Below, one piece after another: positions 42,149-52,447 of a stretch of 64,000 bases of DNA (position 1 is its first letter; the number at the start of each line of letters is the position of its first letter). Below the pieces are notes generated by a model. That model had not been told where the DNA came from and did not search any database. It saw nothing but the letters and a program-made list of their open reading frames with translations. Origin of the DNA: Planctomycetota bacterium (lineage in GTDB: Bacteria; Planctomycetota; UBA1135); the NCBI GenBank assembly GCA_045047305.1, contig JASFYO010000029.1:32001-96000 (forward strand), read 5' to 3'. The position numbers and the translations under genes were made by a program.

Positions 42149-43681
42149 ATGGCTGACCTCTTCCATCCCGACCGGCTTCAGAAACTGGAGGATTTGAAAG
42201 CCTCCGGAGCCGACCCATATCCGGCCCAGGCTAACTTTCCGACGCAAGACGGAGTGGAAGCTGGCCCTCAGCGCGAGTTCGCCGCCGATGTCCTGGCCGA
42301 CGCCGACCAACGCACTGGCGAAACCGTCACCGTGTTTGGCCGCGTGCTCGGACGTCGTGGCTACGGCAAGCTAGCCTTCCTAGACCTTCACGATCAAACA
42401 GGTCGCATCCAGATATGTCTGCAGAAGGATTTAGTGAGTGCAGAGGATTTCGCCCTGCTCAAGCAAATGAACCTTGGCGATTTTGTCGCCGTGCAAGGTG
42501 AATTGAAGCCGACTAAAGTTGGTGAGCCAACGGTATTTGGTGCCCGCTTCCGCATGCTCACCAAAGCACTGGAGAATCCTCCAGAGAAGTTCCACGGCTT
42601 AGCCGATTCGGAATTGCGTGCACGTATGCGCTATGTGGATTTGTTCGCCAACCAAGAAGTGCGCGAGACCTTCCTCAAGCGCTCTGCCATTTTGCAGGCC
42701 ATGCGCCAGGTGTTCCTGAATCGACGTTATTCAGAAGTAGATACGCCGGTACTGCACCCGATTTATGGTGGCGCCAACGCGCGTCCATTTACCACTCACC
42801 ATAATGCCTTAGACATGGATTTGTTTTTGCGCATTGCCCCAGAGCTTTACCTCAAGCGTTTGGTGGTTGGCGGCATGGAGCGGGTGTTTGAAGTGGCGCG
42901 CGTCTTCCGCAATGAAGGCCTTTCCATGCGTCATAACCCAGAATTCACCATGATTGAATTCTATGAGGCTTACTCCGATGTCTATGGAATGATGGACATG
43001 ACCGAAGAGCTAGTGGTTGCTGCTGCGAAAGCTGCAGGCTGCGAACAAGCAGACGGCAGCCTGAAGGCGACCTTCCGCAAGGAAGAGTTTTGCATGGATG
43101 CTCCGTTCCAACGTCTGCGCTATGCCGATAGCTTTAAAGAGTACGTCGGATGTGATCCGACCGATCGCGATGCTGTTGCAGCGAAAATGAAGGAGCACGA
43201 CGTGACTCCCGATGGCGATAGCGAATACGCTTGGTGGAAAGCAGTGAATGCCTTATTCGAGGATTTGGTTGAGCCTCAGTTGCGTGGACCAGTCTTCGTT
43301 TACGACTACCCCGCTGCCATTTGCCCACTTGCCAAACCACTTGTCAACGACCCAACTTGGGCCGGGCGCTTTGAGTTTTTCCTCGGTGGTATGGAATTGG
43401 CAAACGCCTTCTCGGAACTAAATGATCCGCAGATGCAGCTCAAGAAATTTGAGGAGCAGGTGCAAGATAAGGATCCGGAAAGCGTCAATCAGGTCGACAT
43501 GGATTACGTCCGCGCCTTGTCCTACGGATTGCCACCCACCGGCGGCTGCGGCATCGGCCTGGACCGTTTGATTATGGTTCTACTCGACCGCGACACCATC
43601 CGCGATGTACTCCTCTTCCCACAGTTGCGTGCCGAAACGGGCATGCTGGTGACCGAAGAAGAAATCGAAACCAAAGCCTAA
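42149..43681 (+). CDS. lysS: Lysine--tRNA ligase (class II)
   Basis: OB fold, YGGANARPF.THHN, LRIAPELYLKRL, FRNEG, ELANAFSELNDP, GIGLDRL. Confidence 0.97.
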   Translation: MADLFHPDRLQKLEDLKASGADPYPAQANFPTQDGVEAGPQREFAADVLADADQRTGETVTVFGRVLGRRGYGKLAFLDLHDQTGRIQICLQKDLVSAEDFALLKQMNLGDFVAVQGELKPTKVGEPTVFGARFRMLTKALENPPEKFHGLADSELRARMRYVDLFANQEVRETFLKRSAILQAMRQVFLNRRYSEVDTPVLHPIYGGANARPFTTHHNALDMDLFLRIAPELYLKRLVVGGMERVFEVARVFRNEGLSMRHNPEFTMIEFYEAYSDVYGMMDMTEELVVAAAKAAGCEQADGSLKATFRKEEFCMDAPFQRLRYADSFKEYVGCDPTDRDAVAAKMKEHDVTPDGDSEYAWWKAVNALFEDLVEPQLRGPVFVYDYPAAICPLAKPLVNDPTWAGRFEFFLGGMELANAFSELNDPQMQLKKFEEQVQDKDPESVNQVDMDYVRALSYGLPPTGGCGIGLDRLIMVLLDRDTIRDVLLFPQLRAETGMLVTEEEIETKA

Positions 43682-44133
43682 AGCCGTTGCGCGTGGGCTG
43701 GAGTAGGCAACTCCTCTAGCCCGGTGCCATCGGGATCAGAATCGGAAACGTAAATTACCGTTCCCTTCCAGCCTTGGTCCTGAAAAGCACCTTCGCCAGT
43801 AAAACGGAAATACGACTGGCCTCCCCATTCGATAATCGGCAAACGGTCTGGGCTAAAAAACCATCTACGGACGGATTCAGTATAGTTTTCGGGGCCGTTC
43901 CATGTAGAAGAATACGCAATCAGCGCATCCTCAGTGCTTGGCATGTCCTTGTCCGGAAAAAGCTCAAGCTCAAATGGTTGAAAAACAGGAGGATCCGCGA
44001 GACTAATGATGAGATAGCGTCCGCGGTAAGCCTTTGCCGTCGGAGCTAGATTGCCATCCGCAAAGTCATTGCCGAAACAGCTGCCAAGCAAACAGCTAAG
44101 TCCGAGAATCGTGGTTTTGATTACCCTACGCAT
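43678..44133 (-). CDS. Hypothetical lipoprotein
   Basis: MRRVIKTTILGLSCLLGSC lipobox-like signal; converges on lysS with overlapping stops. Confidence 0.55.
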   Translation of the reverse strand: MRRVIKTTILGLSCLLGSCFGNDFADGNLAPTAKAYRGRYLIISLADPPVFQPFELELFPDKDMPSTEDALIAYSSTWNGPENYTESVRRWFFSPDRLPIIEWGGQSYFRFTGEGAFQDQGWKGTVIYVSDSDPDGTGLEELPTPAHAQRL

Positions 44134-44134
44134 T

Positions 44135-45412
44135 TCACTTCTCCAAACGGTACATTCCACCCTTACTAAAAGGGATTGAGGCCTGTGGATCTTTTTCTAG
44201 AGCAAGAATAGCTCGCCGGATGATACCTGAATAGAAAACTTGTTGCTCATCGTCCGCTAGCCCCGCTAGCCCCTCGAGCCACGGTAAAGCTCTTTCCCCA
44301 AGTAGAGCCAAGCTTTGCGACGCTAACGCAGCATCTTCTGGGAAGGAATTGTCTTTCAGGTGCTCCAGCAATAAAGGCACATAGCGCTCCGTCTCCGAAC
44401 AATGGATTTGCGCCAAAATCGCTGCGGCACGCAAGCGTAATGTGAGCGAAAGTGAATCCAAAGCGGGGAGTAAATACTCTAGGGCTTGCAGTGGGTGCCG
44501 CAAAAAAAAACTTTGGGCCAGATTCGCATTGCCTACATTGATGGTACTTGGAGAGCCAAAGCTATCTTGTTCTAGGCACTCCACGGCAACACAAAATAAG
44601 ATTTCCGATGGCACCCTTGCGCTTTCCATGAACAAAGATGCGGCCAAGACTCGAAGTTGGCGGTCCTCGCTGTTTAGCCCACGTTCCAAGAACTCCAAGG
44701 AGACCGTGCTTTCCCCAGCGCTTCCACGGATAGCTGCAAATGCTTTCACAGCATTTCCAGTCCTTGCATCGTTTTCTAGATCGAGAAGCCACCTAGCTTG
44801 TTGCTGCTCCAATGTCGGCAAAGGCACAGACAAGCCAAGGCGTGCCAGTTTTCCGCCGCCGACCCAGCGTAAACTTGGTACCCATTGCGCCAACGCCATT
44901 TGCGCGCGCCGCAAAAATTCTTGGCGACGACCACTCCGTTTAATCCCATCGCATACGGACTGAACGCGATGGGAAAATACATCTTCTCGGTTCCATGAGG
45001 CCGCTTCTAACCAAGGTTTTGCTTTCTCCCCTAACACGATCAAGGCATGCTCCGCAACCAAGGCATCACCGCGAATGACATTGTCCTCCAGATGCCAAAT
45101 CAAAATCCTGCAGACCCGTGCCAGGTCATGCTCCTCAATGCCGGCCTCGGCAAGTAATACCGCAGAAAGTAATCGCTGTTGCCAATCTGCCCCTTCAATT
45201 CCATACCTTAAAGCGGAGCTTGAATCCGCCATTCGGAGAGTGTGAAAAGCGTGCTCAGCATTCCCTTGAATTCCATCATCGCAAAGCGCCTTGAGCCACT
45301 GTGATTGCTGGGCGGAATCGCCACCGACAAAATCCTGCGCTGCAACAGGCCATGATGCTAGTAAAAAAAAAGCGTAGGCGAGCGAGCGCTTAGTAAGAAT
45401 CCAAATCTTCAC
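44135..45412 (-). CDS. Secreted helical-repeat (HEAT-like) hypothetical protein
   Basis: Signal peptide (VAA|QD); recurring motif hLxxD/N....D/NA..A...L. Confidence 0.6.
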   Translation of the reverse strand: MKIWILTKRSLAYAFFLLASWPVAAQDFVGGDSAQQSQWLKALCDDGIQGNAEHAFHTLRMADSSSALRYGIEGADWQQRLLSAVLLAEAGIEEHDLARVCRILIWHLEDNVIRGDALVAEHALIVLGEKAKPWLEAASWNREDVFSHRVQSVCDGIKRSGRRQEFLRRAQMALAQWVPSLRWVGGGKLARLGLSVPLPTLEQQQARWLLDLENDARTGNAVKAFAAIRGSAGESTVSLEFLERGLNSEDRQLRVLAASLFMESARVPSEILFCVAVECLEQDSFGSPSTINVGNANLAQSFFLRHPLQALEYLLPALDSLSLTLRLRAAAILAQIHCSETERYVPLLLEHLKDNSFPEDAALASQSLALLGERALPWLEGLAGLADDEQQVFYSGIIRRAILALEKDPQASIPFSKGGMYRLEK

Positions 45413-45491
45413 AGGAATCTCAGTCTATCCAAACAAGGACGGGTTTCCAATATCAGGAATTCTTAAGCGCAAAACAGGAAACACTCGCTGC

Positions 45492-45854
45492 TCAGCCGGC
45501 ATGGATTCCCAAAGTTTCATACAGCGCGAGAGGCTTAGTCACTTTTTGATAAGTAAGATTCGCAAAAGCATCCGCCCCAAGAAGCACCAAAACCAGAACT
45601 GTAAGGCTAAGTTGGGTTTGAGTCTGTGTATGCCTTTTCAAGTTCACCACCGCCACGGGAATGCAAGCAATCATCCTAGTCATGCTGCCAAAATCCAAGA
45701 GTTCCTCGAGCCCCCAGATGGTGACCAAGCCAGGGGCGTTGAGAGCCGTAAAACCGCTGGAATTGAAAGGGATTGCGTGGGGAAAAAATAAAACCGCGAA
45801 AAACCCTGAGGCCGACGCCATAGCACCACGAAGAACTGGAGTTGGGGTCGCCAT
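45492..45854 (-). CDS. Possible small membrane protein or decayed gene
   Basis: 120 aa ORF with hydrophobic stretches filling an otherwise empty gap; no motif. Confidence 0.25.
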   Translation of the reverse strand: MATPTPVLRGAMASASGFFAVLFFPHAIPFNSSGFTALNAPGLVTIWGLEELLDFGSMTRMIACIPVAVVNLKRHTQTQTQLSLTVLVLVLLGADAFANLTYQKVTKPLALYETLGIHAG

Positions 45855-45886
45855 CCAAGCCTTCCCGCCGCCGTAGACTTTCCAGC

Positions 45887-47239
45887 GTGCTGCGCTTAGC
45901 CCTGACCTACCTATTCCGACGTCCGGTCCAGTTGCTGGCCGTACTAGGAGTAGCGATTGGCTTATTGGCGCTATTGTCTGTCCTTGCGGTCATGAACGGC
46001 CTCATCAGCATGAACCGTGACGCCATCCGTGGACCGCTCGGCGACCTCATGCTGATCCCTGCGGTCACTGCGGAACTCCCTCACTGGCAGGACTATGAAA
46101 CAGCGCTGCAGAAGGTTCCAGAAATCGAAGCTATTGCCCCGCACTTGGTTGCTTATGCCATGTTCAGCTTCCCCGGCTATGTGGTCGACCTTTCCAATGC
46201 TCGGCAATCGGATCACAATGGAATCCAGGTTGTTGGCATTGACCCAAAAGCGGAACGCTTGGTTAATAACTTCCGACTCGAGGTGGAATCTGCACAAACG
46301 ATTCCGGTAAAGAATTTCAACCTACCTTTCCAGGGCAGCGATGCCATTTTCCCCAGTCCTGGGGTCTTGGTCAGTGATGCCTTCGCGACTGCATACGGCC
46401 TAGCCTCCATGGGGCTGCAAGGCGCAGCAGTGCAAATGGAATTGGGGTCTCTACCTGCGATTCTTCCACCTATGGGCGAAGAACTTATTCCACACAACAC
46501 CGTCGTCGATGTTCTCGGAACCTATAGCGGCAGTGATTTCCGCAGCGTGATGGATCGGGTTTATATGAACCGCTCGGGTGAGAATGGTCTGCATTACAAT
46601 TTGCTGGGTACCAGTGCTGCCGACTTCACCGAAGGCTTAATTAAGCTCAAGGCTGGGGTGCGCCCCAGCGACGCAAAAACATCCATACTTGCAGCTTTGT
46701 CCGCTGCTGGTTTACCGTTGCCGGGCGGGCCTAATGGCGGCTCACTAGAAACTTGGCAAGAGCGTTCTCAATTAGTTCTGAGCGCGATTGAGAACGAACG
46801 ACGTGTCGTAACCCTGGTTATGTTTTTCATCGTAGTCGTGGCAGCCTTTGGTTTGTTCGCCACCCTTTCAACCCTTGTACGCGAAAAAATTCGCGACCTC
46901 GGGGTACTTGCCGCTGTTGGCTATAGTCCGATACGACGTGGCGGCCTTATGCTTCTCACCGGAGGTATCGCTTCCGCTCTTGGATGCGCACTTGGTTTTC
47001 TCGGTGCGTATCAACTGGTCCTATATCGGGCTATGGTAGAAGATTGGGTATTCGAGAATTTCCATTTCCGCGTTTTCCAACCCGATCTCTACGTGGTGGA
47101 AGGCCTCCCTGCACGCTGGGACATGCAGGAAGCGCTGTTCCTTACCATGTGCACATTCCTGATTGGACTGTTGTTCACCGCGGCTCCAGCAATTCGAGCC
47201 GCACTTCTGTCCCCTGTCAAAGCTCTGCGCTATGAATAA
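45887..47239 (+). CDS. LolC/E-family ABC permease (lipoprotein release)
   Basis: TM + LSVLAVMNG, large periplasmic loop, EKIRDLGVL, RAA.L.PV.ALRYE; start GTG 45887. Confidence 0.85.
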   Translation: MLRLALTYLFRRPVQLLAVLGVAIGLLALLSVLAVMNGLISMNRDAIRGPLGDLMLIPAVTAELPHWQDYETALQKVPEIEAIAPHLVAYAMFSFPGYVVDLSNARQSDHNGIQVVGIDPKAERLVNNFRLEVESAQTIPVKNFNLPFQGSDAIFPSPGVLVSDAFATAYGLASMGLQGAAVQMELGSLPAILPPMGEELIPHNTVVDVLGTYSGSDFRSVMDRVYMNRSGENGLHYNLLGTSAADFTEGLIKLKAGVRPSDAKTSILAALSAAGLPLPGGPNGGSLETWQERSQLVLSAIENERRVVTLVMFFIVVVAAFGLFATLSTLVREKIRDLGVLAAVGYSPIRRGGLMLLTGGIASALGCALGFLGAYQLVLYRAMVEDWVFENFHFRVFQPDLYVVEGLPARWDMQEALFLTMCTFLIGLLFTAAPAIRAALLSPVKALRYE

Positions 47240-47939
47240 TTCGGATCCTGCTTCCGCCCCAGTATTAAGTGCAAGCAATGTGCGCAAGAGCTACCGCATG
47301 GGCAGTGGTACCTTGGATGTCCTCCGTGGGGTCGACATTGAGTTGCACACTGGTGAAGTCACTGCATTAATGGGTTCCTCTGGATCGGGAAAATCCACTT
47401 TGCTGCAATTGCTTGGGCTTATGGATCGCCTCGACCAAGGCAGCATTGCCCTACGCGGTCGCCCGATTCACGCATTAGGTGCTGGAGCCTCCGCCAAGAT
47501 CCGTGCGCAAGAGTTAGGTTTTGTTTTTCAACAGTTTCAGTTAATTCAAGAACTGTCGGCGTTGGAAAACGTACTGCTACCCCGCCGAATCGCACGTAGC
47601 TTGTCTTGGTTTGCAAATCGGCAGAAAGAAAGGCGTCGCGGTACGGAAGTATTGCAAGAGGTAGGGCTCGGAGATCGCTTGAAGCATCGACCCAACCAGT
47701 TATCCGGCGGTGAGCAACAACGCGTTGCAATTGCACGAGCTCTCATTTCTGCACCACCGGTATTGCTTGCAGATGAACCGACAGGAAACCTTGATCGTCA
47801 AACCGGGGAAGACGTTTTAGATTTGCTGCTACGCCTCGCTCGCGAACGTGGTAGTGCTATGTTGCTTGCAACCCATGATGAACGCATCGCGGAAGCATGT
47901 GACCGTATCATTTACCTGGAGGACGGCAAGCTCGCATGA
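47232..47939 (+). CDS. lolD: LolD-like ABC ATPase
   Basis: [32 protein letters not shown]; between two LolC/E permeases. Confidence 0.85.
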   Translation: MNNSDPASAPVLSASNVRKSYRMGSGTLDVLRGVDIELHTGEVTALMGSSGSGKSTLLQLLGLMDRLDQGSIALRGRPIHALGAGASAKIRAQELGFVFQQFQLIQELSALENVLLPRRIARSLSWFANRQKERRRGTEVLQEVGLGDRLKHRPNQLSGGEQQRVAIARALISAPPVLLADEPTGNLDRQTGEDVLDLLLRLARERGSAMLLATHDERIAEACDRIIYLEDGKLA

Positions 47940-49159
47940 GCCTATTGCGCCTCGGCTGGGCTTACTTCTCTCAACGCCTCATCCTTCCGGTGGCGGCCAT
48001 TGGCATTGCATTAGGTGTTGCTGTCTTATTTACCGTACTGGCTGTCTTTCAGGGATTCCTAGAGGAATTCGAAGGCAGTATCCGTAGTTTTTCTGGCGAT
48101 GTGGTGATCGACGTACCACGGCTGGTCCCTCAGACAGAAAAACAGTATGCGCAATGGATTCAAGAAGTAGAGGGTGTAGCACTCGCACAACCACGGCTCA
48201 ACTGGTTTGGTTTAGTTGGACGTCGCGGGAGTAAAGCTCTTGATGACCCACGTAGCGCTGATTTGAGCGGTATCTTGATGATTGGCGTTGATAACGCCGA
48301 ACTTGAAATTCCGGATACAAGTGATGAGCATATGCTTCCCATGGTGTTGGCTCATCCTCTGGCTAAGAGTTTAGGCCTAACACTCGGAGACTCAGTTGAG
48401 ATTGTGACTCATCGTGGTGGTCGCGGACGCGCCATCCCAGTGCGTCAGACCTTTGAGTTGGTAGATTATTTTTCCACCGGACGGTTTGACCAAGAGATTG
48501 ACCGCGTATTTGTGCGACGCCTTGACCTTGCAACTCTATGTCGCAGCCAACCGCCGTTCTCTTCCTGGAAGGTACACGCTATCCCCGGCATGGATGCTGG
48601 TATTCTCGCGCAAAACCTACGCGACCACTTCCAGATGCTTCCAGAGGTAAGTCTCATCGATCAACCTCGAATTTCCACTTGGCATGATATCGGTGGAAAT
48701 TTCTTGCGTGCTGCAGAGAATCAAAAAGGAATTTTAGGGGTGGTTTTTGGATTCATCGTTTTGGTCGCTGCTTATCAACTGATTGCCACACTCTTACTCA
48801 CTGTGGCTGAAAAACGCCAAGACATAGGCATCTTGGGTGCTCTTGGCGCTTCCCCGCTACGGATTACCGGTTTCTTTGTCGGTCTCGGCTTACTCATCTC
48901 TACACTTGGATGCGTGCTCGGACTGCTCCTTGGTTGGTTCCTGGCAACCCACTTACCACTGGTTGAAAGCCTTTTGGGCGGTGGCGAACCCATTTTCCGC
49001 CAAGAGATTTACAAATTTGACCACATCCCTGTGGCCATCGATGTCTCCTCCATTACAGTTTTGCTGGTAGCCACATTAACCACGGCGGTCTTATTCAGTT
49101 TGCTACCGGCTTGGCGCGCTTCACGCTTGCGCATTATTCAGTCCTTACGGCGGCGCTAA
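47936..49159 (+). CDS. LolC/E-family ABC permease
   Basis: GIALGVAVLFTVLAVFQGF, EKRQDIGILGALGA, PAWRASRL. Confidence 0.85.
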   Translation: MSLLRLGWAYFSQRLILPVAAIGIALGVAVLFTVLAVFQGFLEEFEGSIRSFSGDVVIDVPRLVPQTEKQYAQWIQEVEGVALAQPRLNWFGLVGRRGSKALDDPRSADLSGILMIGVDNAELEIPDTSDEHMLPMVLAHPLAKSLGLTLGDSVEIVTHRGGRGRAIPVRQTFELVDYFSTGRFDQEIDRVFVRRLDLATLCRSQPPFSSWKVHAIPGMDAGILAQNLRDHFQMLPEVSLIDQPRISTWHDIGGNFLRAAENQKGILGVVFGFIVLVAAYQLIATLLLTVAEKRQDIGILGALGASPLRITGFFVGLGLLISTLGCVLGLLLGWFLATHLPLVESLLGGGEPIFRQEIYKFDHIPVAIDVSSITVLLVATLTTAVLFSLLPAWRASRLRIIQSLRRR

Positions 49160-49190
49160 CAATCGAAGCGTAGTAGCGTACGCTTAGAAC

Positions 49191-50117
49191 ATGCTGCGCA
49201 CCGCACTCCTCTCTCTGGTGCTCCTCACATCCTGTTCAGGCTCGATGACTGATACCGCTCCTACGACACGCCTGAACCTTGCGATTCCTACCCTCGGTGG
49301 AAAGCAGTTCTGGGCGGACCGCCGTTGGCGAGGCGGGTGGCGTATTCAAGAAAACGTGATCACGGGTCACCATCGCCTGCTCGATCCCCAAGACAAGCGT
49401 CGCGCATGGGGTAATCTGCCAGCATGCCTATTGGAGTTAGAAGCCCGTGCGCCACAGGTGAGCCCCTCGGACAACACTCTTGTCATTCTTCTCCATGGCA
49501 TGGGCCGCAGTCGCTCGGCCTTCTCCAAAATGCAAGAAGAGTTGCAAGCGCAAGGGTTTCATGTAGCTTCCATTTCCTACCCCAGCACGCGACGTCCCAT
49601 CGAAGCTCATGCGCAGCAAGTTGCCGAGCTCTTAGAAAACTTACAAGGGTACTCCAGAGTCAGTTTCGTCACCCATAGCCTTGGCGGCATCGTGATACGC
49701 CGCCTGCTCGCCGACCGCGGGGATTGGATGCGGGAAATTGACGTCGAACGCTTGGTCATGCTGGCGCCGCCGAACCAAGGGTCAGACTTTGCCCTGAAGC
49801 TAGAATCCTTCGCACCTTATCGGTGGCTCTTCGGCGAAACTGGACAAAGTTTGACTCCAGAAGCCATGCGTAAAATGCCTGTACCTGAAATACCATTTTT
49901 AGTCATTGCAGGCTCAAGTGGAAAACCAGATGGCTACAACAGCATGCTGAACGGCGATGATGACTTCGTGGTTAGGGTTGCCGAAACGCATCTTGCGGGC
50001 GAAACTGCGCACCTCACGGTGCCAAGCCTGCATACCTTTTTAATGAACCAAGACTTGACCATCGCCGCAACCGCCGGCTTCCTGCGTGATGGAACCGTGA
50101 CTACGGAAATCCCCTAA
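49191..50117 (+). CDS. Alpha/beta hydrolase (esterase/lipase) lipoprotein
   Basis: Lipobox LTSC; LLHG, THSLGG, PPNQGS, DDFVV, H. Confidence 0.85.
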   Translation: MLRTALLSLVLLTSCSGSMTDTAPTTRLNLAIPTLGGKQFWADRRWRGGWRIQENVITGHHRLLDPQDKRRAWGNLPACLLELEARAPQVSPSDNTLVILLHGMGRSRSAFSKMQEELQAQGFHVASISYPSTRRPIEAHAQQVAELLENLQGYSRVSFVTHSLGGIVIRRLLADRGDWMREIDVERLVMLAPPNQGSDFALKLESFAPYRWLFGETGQSLTPEAMRKMPVPEIPFLVIAGSSGKPDGYNSMLNGDDDFVVRVAETHLAGETAHLTVPSLHTFLMNQDLTIAATAGFLRDGTVTTEIP

Positions 50118-50121
50118 CGGA

Positions 50122-51087
50122 ATGCTCCGCTTAGTATTAATCTGTGCATTCGCGTTTGCATCCTGTGGAAACCCTCCATCGGAAGCGCTTCCACCAGCAA
50201 CACCACCCTCCACTCCCATCGGCCTCCTCCCAAATATCCCACTGCCCACCTTTGGGGGCATCCAATTCTGGGCTGACCGTCGTTGGCAAGAAGGTTGGCG
50301 AATCCAACAGCACGTTTTCACCAAAGAACATCGGCTACTGGATCCAAAGCAAATCAGGATTGCATGGGGAACGCTTGAGGCTTGTGAAGAAGTTATGCGG
50401 CAACGTGCGCCCGCCCCCCCAGTGAAGGATCAGAGTCTTGTCGTTTTACTGCACGGCATCGCCGACAGTCGCCTGAGTTTTTGGCGACTGGAAGACAAAT
50501 TGCACAAGGATGGCTGGCAAGTTGCATCTTTGTCTTATCCAAGCACCCACCAATCGCTGCAACAACATGCGGATCATCTTTCCGAGGTGATTGAACACCT
50601 ACGTGGTTACCGCCAAGTACATTTTGTCACCCATAGTCTTGGTGGCATTGTGCTGCGCCGTTTCTTGGCCGATGCTGGAGCTTGGCAAAAAACCGTGGAA
50701 GTTGGGCGCATTGTGATGATTGGCCCACCAAACCAAGGTGCTTTATTTGCAGAGAAAGTGGAATCCTTTCCGCCGTACCGCTGGATTTTTGGAGATGCCG
50801 GTAACAGTCTTACTCCTACTGCCATGCAATCTTTGCCTGCTCCCCAAGTCCCATTCCTTGTCATCGCTGGCTCTCGGGGCCAGAAAAACGGTTGGAACCC
50901 GATTCTTCCAGGTGACGACGACTTTGTGGTTCGCGTTTCCGAAACGCATCTGCAAGGCGAGAGCGGCCACTTGCAAGTAAAGAGCGTACATGGCTTTATG
51001 ATGAACCACGATGGTGTGATTGCTGCCACCCTGGAATTCCTAAATAGCGGCAAGGTAATGGATCAAAGTTCACTTTCCGAAATGTGA
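50122..51087 (+). CDS. Alpha/beta hydrolase lipoprotein, tandem paralog of 49191-50117
   Basis: Lipobox FASC; LLHG, THSLGG, PPNQG, DDFVVRV; shared PT.GG.QFWADRRW N-domain. Confidence 0.85.
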   Translation: MLRLVLICAFAFASCGNPPSEALPPATPPSTPIGLLPNIPLPTFGGIQFWADRRWQEGWRIQQHVFTKEHRLLDPKQIRIAWGTLEACEEVMRQRAPAPPVKDQSLVVLLHGIADSRLSFWRLEDKLHKDGWQVASLSYPSTHQSLQQHADHLSEVIEHLRGYRQVHFVTHSLGGIVLRRFLADAGAWQKTVEVGRIVMIGPPNQGALFAEKVESFPPYRWIFGDAGNSLTPTAMQSLPAPQVPFLVIAGSRGQKNGWNPILPGDDDFVVRVSETHLQGESGHLQVKSVHGFMMNHDGVIAATLEFLNSGKVMDQSSLSEM

Positions 51088-51989
51088 TGCCAGCAAATAT
51101 GATCCTCTTGCTTGCCGCCATGATTTGGGGCGCCGGATTTGCAGCGCAATCAGCAGCCATGGACGGCATGGGGCCACTAAGTTTTACAGCGGTCCGCTTT
51201 CTACTTGGTTGGTTCGTTTTACAGCCTGTGGTCAAACGACGAAAGATCACACACCCTGCGTCGGCAACCGTACCGTCCTCCAAACCGGTCATCCTCTTAG
51301 GTCTAGTCCTATTTCTGGGATCCCTATTTCAACAATTCGGATTGCTCTACACAACGGCCTCTAAAGCCGGGTTCCTTACCGGTCTTTATGTCGTTTTCGT
51401 GCCACTGCTCGGTTTATTCCTGCGCCATCGCCTACGACGCAACACTTGGATTGGAACTATGCTCGCTGCAACCGGTTTGTATTTCCTTTCTATTACTGAC
51501 CAGTTTCATTTCGCCTTAGGCGATGGCTTGATTCTTATTGGCGCCGTGATTTGGGCGGTGCATGTGTTACTGCTCGGACATCTTGCCGCCAAGCGTGACC
51601 CCGTGCGTATTGCGTCTCAACAGTTCTTAGTGGTTGCTATCCTCGCGGCAATTGCTGCGGTATTATTTGAAGACCTTACTCCCAACACTTGGGTTGAAGT
51701 ATGGCCGTGGGTTGCTTACAGCGGCGTCTTCGCGGTTGCGATTGCCTTTACTTTGCAAGCTTTAGGACAAGCCAAGGCCTCCCCAGCGCATTGCGCTATC
51801 TTGCTGAGTTTTGAGGCGGTATTCGCCGCTTTGGCTGGGGTGCTTCTCCTCGACGAGAGTTTGAGTCAACGAGAAATCGGTGGTGGCATCCTTATGTTTA
51901 TTGGAATCGTGGTGTCGCAGCTTGGACCGAAGGCCACAGCGGAACAGGAATCGGAATTAGCTCCCGAAGTTCATCCACCCGCTGGTTAA
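51084..51989 (+). CDS. DMT/EamA family transporter
   Basis: About 10 TM; IWGAGFAAQ, TTASKAGFLTGLYVVFVP, ILLSFEAVFAA. Confidence 0.9.
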   Translation: MMPANMILLLAAMIWGAGFAAQSAAMDGMGPLSFTAVRFLLGWFVLQPVVKRRKITHPASATVPSSKPVILLGLVLFLGSLFQQFGLLYTTASKAGFLTGLYVVFVPLLGLFLRHRLRRNTWIGTMLAATGLYFLSITDQFHFALGDGLILIGAVIWAVHVLLLGHLAAKRDPVRIASQQFLVVAILAAIAAVLFEDLTPNTWVEVWPWVAYSGVFAVAIAFTLQALGQAKASPAHCAILLSFEAVFAALAGVLLLDESLSQREIGGGILMFIGIVVSQLGPKATAEQESELAPEVHPPAG

Positions 51990-52079
51990 GTTAGCTGCCG
52001 ATGCAAAAACAACTTTTATTTGTCCTACTTCCTTTGTTGGGCTGGCGGAGGTAATTGAGATGGTTTTATTTCATGAGAA

Positions 52080-52111
52080 CAGCCGCTACAGAACAAAGTC
52101 TGTAGCGGCTG
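52080..52111. terminator. Hairpin between convergent genes (probable terminator)
   Basis: 13-bp stem CAGCCGCTACAGA / TCTGTAGCGGCTG. Confidence 0.7.
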
Positions 52112-52132
52112 AAAGGTGAGACAGGAATTCGC

Positions 52133-52438
52133 TTAGCTAATCACAGGTTCGACCGGATTCGCTTCGTAAATCCGAATCTCTGGTCCACCTACGATGAGAT
52201 TGGGAATACGCACACCTAACTCACGGAAGTGATCCGTAGCAAAGTGAAAGTCAATCGCTGCCTGATCCGCCCACTGCTCATAGAAGTGCACCATGTCTGG
52301 ATCCTCCGACGAAAAGAAGTAGCGGTAGCTAATGCAACCTAGCTCCGCACGTGACGGCTCCAGCATTCCATTCAGTAATTTAATCAGTTCCGCACGCTTT
52401 CCAGGCGCGGCCTTCATCTCGGCAATGATGATGCGCAT
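52133..52438 (-). CDS. Putative quinol monooxygenase (ABM domain)
   Basis: SRAELGCISY, FYEQWADQAAIDFHFATDHF. Confidence 0.85.
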   Translation of the reverse strand: MRIIIAEMKAAPGKRAELIKLLNGMLEPSRAELGCISYRYFFSSEDPDMVHFYEQWADQAAIDFHFATDHFRELGVRIPNLIVGGPEIRIYEANPVEPVIS

Positions 52439-52447
52439 GTTTAGATT

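Noticed and set aside
42022..45860. tRNA-Ala as an integration site for a genomic island
   Set aside because: lysS follows directly; no integrase and no duplicated tRNA 3' end seen in the window
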